Of a DNA stretch of 38,985 nucleotides, positions 34,316 to 38,985 are shown one piece after another. This DNA is from an uncultured Chloroflexota bacterium (GTDB lineage Bacteria > Chloroflexota > Dehalococcoidia > Dehalococcoidales > RBG-16-60-22): positions 1 through 38,985 of the forward strand of contig CAIWTG010000147.1 in NCBI GenBank assembly GCA_903915565.1. The letters run 5' to 3'. Numbering within the stretch: the first letter of the stretch is position 1; every line of letters begins with the position of its first letter. The notes beneath the pieces are model-generated. The model did no database searches. It was not told the DNA's origin and was given only the letters and a program-made list of their open reading frames with translations. The translations under genes and the position numbers were made by a program.

Positions 34316-34945
34316 TTAAGCGTTCTTTAAAGCAACCCCTTCGATAACGTCGGCGACATCTTCACAGCGGTCGGTAGCGGTTTCCATATGCTCGTAAATT
34401 TCCCGCCACTTGATTATCTCCGGTATGTCTTTGGCATTATCGAACAGCTCGCCGATAGCCGCCCGGTAAATGCGGTCCGCGGCGTTTTCCAGCCGGTTAA
34501 TTTCCACACATCTCTCCAGCATCTGCTTAAACTCGCCCTTGCGCCTTAGGCTGGACACGGCTTTTTCCACTTCTATAGTTGCCAGCACGATAACACCCGC
34601 CAGCTCTTTGGCTCTATCATTGGGTTTGGATACTTTGTAGATGAACATGGCGTCGGCGGCGGAGTGAATAAAATCGAGCACATCGTCCATCGTGTGCGCC
34701 AGCATGGCTATATCTTCGCGGTCAAAGGGGGTGACGAAGGTGCGGTGCAGCAGCGAAATAATCTGGTGGGTCAGCGAATCGCCGTCATGTTCCAGTTCGG
34801 TTATCTCCGCCACGCGGCTGTCAATGAACTGCCAGGTATCCAGCATTTCTTTGAAAAGCTTGGCGGCCTTAACGATGTTTTTCGTGCTCTCATCAAACAG
34901 GTCGAAGAATTTCTGCTCTCTGGGCATAAAGGGAAATCTAGGCAT
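34316..34945 (-). CDS. DUF47 (PhoU-like, TIGR00153) family protein
   Basis: Start re-called to the ATG at 34945, behind RBS GAGGAGGAG. The N-terminal (K/E)QKFFDLF... and helical EHDGD / ENAAD repeats are typical of DUF47. Confidence 0.75.
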   Translation of the reverse strand: MPRFPFMPREQKFFDLFDESTKNIVKAAKLFKEMLDTWQFIDSRVAEITELEHDGDSLTHQIISLLHRTFVTPFDREDIAMLAHTMDDVLDFIHSAADAMFIYKVSKPNDRAKELAGVIVLATIEVEKAVSSLRRKGEFKQMLERCVEINRLENAADRIYRAAIGELFDNAKDIPEIIKWREIYEHMETATDRCEDVADVIEGVALKNA

Positions 34946-35020
34946 AGCTCCTCCTCGCAAGGTGGGGATTGACCAGAATGAGTTTAGTGGAGAGAGCTAT
35001 TGGTTGTCAAGGAAAAACTA

Positions 35021-36406
35021 TTATACCGCCCCCGCTTGCCCTGGGCCTGTAGGTGGGTTTCCTGCTTCCCCCATCTTCCGCTTCTTGGCCTCAAGGTCAG
35101 CCATCCGCTCCTGCACGGTTTTTTCAAAGCCCAGTGAGCCCGGCGTGTAAAACCACTTCCCCGTCATCTTGTCCGGCAAGTGCTGCTGGTCAACGACGTG
35201 GTCGGGAAAATCGTGGGCATATTTATAGTCCTTGCCGTAGCCCATATCCTTCATCAGGGGGGTGGGGGCGTTGCGGATATTCAGCGGCACATTTTCACTG
35301 GCGCCTTTTTTAATCGCATCCTGTACTGCGGAGTAAGCCGCGTAGAGTGAATTGCTTTTGGGGGCGGTAGCCAGGTAGACAGCGGCCTCGGTTAATGCCA
35401 GGTTGCCCTCCGGCAGGCCGATAAAGTGCACCGCCTGCTGCGCCGCCATCGCTACTACCAGCGCCTGCGGGTCCGCCATGCCGACGTCCTCTGAAGCGAA
35501 GCGCACCATGCGCCGGGCGATATAGAGCGGGTCTTCCCCCGCTTCCAGCATCATCGCCAGCCAGTAGATAGAGGCGTCAACATCGGAATCACGCAGGGAT
35601 TTATGCAGGGCGGAGATGAGGTTATAATGCTGGTCGCCGGCGCGGTCGTACTGCACGGCCCTTTTTTGGAAAGCGTCCTCGATGGTTTCCAGTCTGATAA
35701 TGCGTTTGCCCTGGTCATCAGCGGGGGTGCTTAAGGCGGCAATCTCTAAAGTGTTAAGCGCCATACGGGCGTCGCTGTTGGACATTTTAATGAGGTGTTC
35801 CATAGCTTCGTCCGATAGTTCAACATTCAGCTCGCCGAGGCCCAGCAGTTTATCCATGGCCGCGCGGGAAATCAGGATGTCCAGCTCTTTTTCATTCAGA
35901 GGCTTGAGCGGCAGGACGCGCGTCCTGGAAAGCAGCGGTGACGTTACCTCAAACGAGGGGTTTTCCGTCGTTGCGCCGATGAGGATGACGGTGCCGTCTT
36001 CCACGTAGGGCAGTACGGCGTCTTGTTGGTTTTTACTAAAGCGGTGGATTTCATCAATAAAGAGGATGGTGCGCTGGTGGTTGGCCTGGCGGCGCTCTTT
36101 GGCCTCTGCCACGATTTTCCGCAGGTCGGCTACACTAGCGCTGACGGCGCTGACCGGCGAAAAGTGCGCCCCCGTGCTGTTGGCAATGATATTGGCCAGG
36201 GTGGTCTTGCCGGAGCCCGGGGGTCCCCAGAATATCATGGAGGGGATGCGGTCGGTCTCTATAGCGCGCCTTAACACCCGCCCCTTGGCAAGGATATGCT
36301 CCTGCCCCACAAACCCTTCCAGATTTTTGGGCCGCATGCGCGTAGCCAGCGGCGCGTTGCGTAACTGTTCTTGTTCGGCCTGTTTATTGAACATATCATC
36401 GATCAT
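35021..36406 (-). CDS. rarA: Replication-associated recombination protein A (AAA+ ATPase)
   Basis: LATRMRP.NL..FVGQ.H, Walker A GPPGSGKTT, FIDEIHRF, and the C-terminal MgsA domain (YDRAGDQHYNLISALHKSLRDSD...YWLA.M...GEDP). Confidence 0.9.
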   Translation of the reverse strand: MIDDMFNKQAEQEQLRNAPLATRMRPKNLEGFVGQEHILAKGRVLRRAIETDRIPSMIFWGPPGSGKTTLANIIANSTGAHFSPVSAVSASVADLRKIVAEAKERRQANHQRTILFIDEIHRFSKNQQDAVLPYVEDGTVILIGATTENPSFEVTSPLLSRTRVLPLKPLNEKELDILISRAAMDKLLGLGELNVELSDEAMEHLIKMSNSDARMALNTLEIAALSTPADDQGKRIIRLETIEDAFQKRAVQYDRAGDQHYNLISALHKSLRDSDVDASIYWLAMMLEAGEDPLYIARRMVRFASEDVGMADPQALVVAMAAQQAVHFIGLPEGNLALTEAAVYLATAPKSNSLYAAYSAVQDAIKKGASENVPLNIRNAPTPLMKDMGYGKDYKYAHDFPDHVVDQQHLPDKMTGKWFYTPGSLGFEKTVQERMADLEAKKRKMGEAGNPPTGPGQAGAV

Positions 36407-36498
36407 AGTTTGCCTTCTAACGAGTGGTGCTTATAATGTACTCCAAACGAGAGTTTTTATCTACTCCTGCTCTTTTTGGGTGTGGAGTTTTGTGTTAC

Positions 36499-37005
36499 TT
36501 ATTTATACCTCTTTACTTCAAACCTATAAAGCTTAACCGGCTCATCGGGGGCGATGCCGCCTTTTTGACGGCAGATTTCTATCTGGTAGACCGCCGTATC
36601 AACGCCCTCCAAATCGGGCAGCAATAGTCCCCGCCGCCACCCCGACTGCACGATAACGCCGTACTTTTTAGGGTCGAGCTGGCTGGCATCTGCCACCAGC
36701 TCTGGCTCGGTCAGCACATCAACGCTGTAATCAAGGTCTTTCAGCTCCCCTTCTTCAACGGGGTCAAACCGCGGGTCGCGGGTGGCGGAGCTAATGGCGT
36801 TGGCGATGACTTCCTGCGCCACGCTGTCCTGCTGCGGCTCAAAAGTGCCGATGCAGCCGCGCAAATCGCCCTTTTTATGAAGGGAGACAAAAACGCCGGC
36901 CTGGCCCTTCATTTCCGGGGTCAGGGTTTTAGGTGGGGAAATTCTTTGGCCCGTCCGCACATAAGTTTCTACGGTCTTTTTGGCTAAAGTAATAATGGGA
37001 TGCAT
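36499..37005 (-). CDS. AMMECR1 domain protein (AmmeMemoRadiSam system protein A)
   Basis: Hallmark LRGCIG motif ([13 protein letters not shown]). 168 aa. The ATG directly abuts the stop of the upstream Memo-like gene. Confidence 0.85.
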   Translation of the reverse strand: MHPIITLAKKTVETYVRTGQRISPPKTLTPEMKGQAGVFVSLHKKGDLRGCIGTFEPQQDSVAQEVIANAISSATRDPRFDPVEEGELKDLDYSVDVLTEPELVADASQLDPKKYGVIVQSGWRRGLLLPDLEGVDTAVYQIEICRQKGGIAPDEPVKLYRFEVKRYK

Positions 37006-37821
37006 CTACGCCCCTCCCTTTTTAAAGATTACACCGGCATAGCCCACCACCGAGGAATAATCGCCGGAGGAATCGCCGCTGTTTTGATACTTCACGAGCT
37101 CCGCCTTTTTTGCCCCCAGCTCTTTAGCGGCGGTGATAAGGGTAACGACCGGGCCGTGGGCGCACATAGTGATGTGGAAGTGCTGATAGCGTCTGGTTAA
37201 TTCGTCAGCATCGAGCTCAAGCATCGCCTCGACAGCTTTCATGTCTTTTTCCCGCGCTGCTTCGGCGGGTTCATAATGGGTCATATCGCCGCTGGCCAGG
37301 ATAACCGCCTCCCGCTTTAGCTTGTTCAACGATTGGGCGATGGCGTGTCCGATTTCCTGATAGGCTTCGATGGAATCGCCGCCGAGAATGATGGGGATTA
37401 TCTTTACATCCGGCTTGATGTATTGCAGGAAAGGTATTTGCACCTCGACGGCGTGTTCGTCCCGGTGCGCCAGGAAGTCGGCCTCGGCATATTTAGATAA
37501 CTCGATAATTTTTCCCGCCAACTCCTTATCCACTTCTACATTACCTAAAGGCGTCCGCCACGTTCCCTCCGGCATCACGCTGAAGGGCTTGCCCATGCCG
37601 GAATGAGACGGCCCGATGATGATAAAGGTGTCTTTAAATTTGACGCGCGATATCGCCGCCCCGGCGACGGCGCCGGAGTAGATATAACCGGCATGCGGCA
37701 TCAGCACGCCGACCGCGTCTTCCTTTTTGGCGTTTTTATCAATAAAATCACCGAGCATCGCTTTAAGCTCGGCAGGCTCGGCGGGATAGAAATAACCGGC
37801 GACGGTTGGATTTCTTATCAT
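37006..37821 (-). CDS. Memo-like protein (AmmeMemoRadiSam system protein B)
   Basis: VAG.FYP and MPHAGYIYSG motifs and a later GDMTHY. 271 aa. ATGA overlap with the radical SAM gene. Confidence 0.85.
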   Translation of the reverse strand: MIRNPTVAGYFYPAEPAELKAMLGDFIDKNAKKEDAVGVLMPHAGYIYSGAVAGAAISRVKFKDTFIIIGPSHSGMGKPFSVMPEGTWRTPLGNVEVDKELAGKIIELSKYAEADFLAHRDEHAVEVQIPFLQYIKPDVKIIPIILGGDSIEAYQEIGHAIAQSLNKLKREAVILASGDMTHYEPAEAAREKDMKAVEAMLELDADELTRRYQHFHITMCAHGPVVTLITAAKELGAKKAELVKYQNSGDSSGDYSSVVGYAGVIFKKGGA

Positions 37822-38846
37822 AAAGCATCTCCTTGCTGGAAGTTCAAATCAACTCCGCAGTAGCGGCACTTGCTGCCGTTGAGCCCGACCACTTCCGTCC
37901 GGTAGCCCGCTCTTTTAACGATTAGCTTGCCGCAATTATAGCACCGGGTGTTTTCGCTCTCGTGGCCGGGGACGTTGCCGGCGTAGACGAATTTAAGTCC
38001 GGCCTGGTGCCCGATTTCGACAGCGTGTTCAATCGTTGCCAGCGGCGTCGGCGGCAGGTCGGTCAATTTATGCTGCGGATAAAAACGCGTAACGTGCCAG
38101 GGTGTCAGTTCACCCAGTTCAGCCGCTATCCAGTCGGCCAAACCTTTAAGCTGTTTAGCGTCATCGTTCATCGTCGGGACGATATTGGTGACGACCTCGA
38201 TATGCATGTTCCATTTTTCTTTAGCGCGTTTGGCGACCTCCAAAATCTCTCGCCAGTGCGGCACGCCCGATAGCTTTCTATAGAACTCGTCGGAGAAGCC
38301 CTTAATGTCCACCCGCCAGACATCCAGGTAAGGCCCAATGGTATCCAACGCCTCCGGCGTGGCATAACCGTTGGTGACGTAGACGGTATAGAGTCCGTTC
38401 TGCTTCGCCAGCTTGGCCGAGTCCAGCGTATATTCAAACCAGATAGCCGGCTCGTTATAGGTCCAGGCGATGCCGCGGCAGCCGTTATCTTTGGCGACTT
38501 TTATCGCATTGGCGGGAGGAAGCTCACGGCAGATGCCGTTTAAAGCAGCGCCGTCGGCGGTGGAGATTTCCCAGTTCTGGCAATGCTTGCAGTGAAAGTT
38601 GCAGCCCAGCGTCCCTAACGAGAAACAAAGCGTGGCGGGGAAAAAATGGAAGAGGGGCTTTTTTTCTATGGGGTCGGCGGCGGCGGAAGAAACGAGGGCG
38701 TAGTTCAGATTATAAAGAACACCGTCCTGATTCTGGTACATGCCGCAGACGCCGTATTTGTCCGGATTAATCGTACAGCGCCACTGGCAGGTACCGCACT
38801 TCACTCTGGAGTCCGGCAGCTTATCGTAGAGCATAGCCTCGTGCAT
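37818..38846 (-). CDS. AmmeMemoRadiSam system radical SAM enzyme (PflA-like activase family)
   Basis: CNFHCKHCQNW (CxxxCxxC) radical SAM motif, an N-terminal CGTCQWRC...CG Cys cluster, and a C-terminal CYNCG...CRYCG zinc ribbon. 342 aa. Confidence 0.85.
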   Translation of the reverse strand: MHEAMLYDKLPDSRVKCGTCQWRCTINPDKYGVCGMYQNQDGVLYNLNYALVSSAAADPIEKKPLFHFFPATLCFSLGTLGCNFHCKHCQNWEISTADGAALNGICRELPPANAIKVAKDNGCRGIAWTYNEPAIWFEYTLDSAKLAKQNGLYTVYVTNGYATPEALDTIGPYLDVWRVDIKGFSDEFYRKLSGVPHWREILEVAKRAKEKWNMHIEVVTNIVPTMNDDAKQLKGLADWIAAELGELTPWHVTRFYPQHKLTDLPPTPLATIEHAVEIGHQAGLKFVYAGNVPGHESENTRCYNCGKLIVKRAGYRTEVVGLNGSKCRYCGVDLNFQQGDAL

Positions 38847-38877
38847 AATTCTACTCCCCTAGCTTAAGGCAATAATT

Positions 38878-38886
38878 ATTATAGCA
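38878..38886 (-). promoter_or_regulatory. Extended -10 element (TGCTATAAT) upstream of the AmmeMemoRadiSam operon
   Basis: On the minus strand, TG (38886-38885), C, TATAAT (38883-38878). This lies about 32 nt upstream of the ATG at 38846, and RBS GGGGAG lies in between. Confidence 0.4.
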
Positions 38887-38985
38887 CCGGAGGGGAGTGA
38901 ATAATACAGGGGAGGACTAAAGGGGTAACGGTCAGCGACGGCTGGCGATGGTTAATACAAATGCACCAGGGCTGCCCAGTCGACG

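Noticed and set aside
38932-38985. A possible 3' end of a minus-strand gene entering from the right window edge (…RRLGSPGAFVLTIASRR*), or a plus-strand ATG at 38948.
   Set aside because: Only about 17 codons are visible. There are no motifs and no way to tell the frames apart.
1-38985. A search for CRISPR arrays, tRNA genes, transposases, integrases, toxin-antitoxin pairs and phage-defence signatures.
   Set aside because: I recognised no direct-repeat/spacer periodicity, no tRNA-like cloverleaf sequence in the intergenic regions, and no recombinase, nuclease or defence motifs in any ORF. The island has no visible mobility boundary apart from the single palindromic element at 6896-6994.

Overview
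All calls rest on motif recognition by eye, because no BLAST or HMM search could be run. The window is a gene-dense, moderately GC-rich bacterial chromosome segment with no CRISPR array, tRNA, transposase or integrase. It splits into two parts.

(1) nt 1-24.7 kb is an accessory-looking island of redox and catabolic genes and transporters:
- two paralogous UroD/MtaA-family proteins
- four SDR reductases
- an AprA/AprB-like flavoprotein plus ferredoxin pair
- a MmgE/PrpD protein
- an ATC-hydrolase-like protein
- a 2Fe-2S/4Fe-4S/GltD-like NAD(P)H module with a Nudix hydrolase and a soluble FAD reductase
- an internally duplicated bicupin
- a Cys-rich Fe-S protein
- an alpha/alpha-toroid-like protein
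- an MBL-fold hydrolase
- an iron-sulfur flavoprotein
- a PadR regulator
- two MFS transporters
- a zinc-ribbon plus 2x RRM RNA-binding cluster

(2) nt 24.8-39 kb is housekeeping. On the minus strand it runs 5S rRNA -> clpC -> stand-alone biotinyl carrier -> radA -> 2H phosphoesterase -> ispD -> ispF -> cysS. Then come remA-gmk, an orphan DUF47/PhoU-like gene, rarA, and a complete translationally coupled AmmeMemoRadiSam triad (radical SAM, Memo-like, AMMECR1).

The gene content is what I would expect from an uncultivated anaerobic Chloroflexota (Dehalococcoidia-like) genome. That is inference only.

The best candidates for undescribed biology are:
- the Fe-S/flavin-rich island bracketed by UroD paralogs, especially the UroD + Fe-S + toroid + bicupin + MBL sub-cluster and the AprAB-like pair behind a palindromic operator
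- the functionally unassigned AmmeMemoRadiSam system
- a low-GC 2H phosphoesterase inserted into the radA-ispDF-cysS operon
- an orphan 5S rRNA gene upstream of a C-terminally extended ClpC
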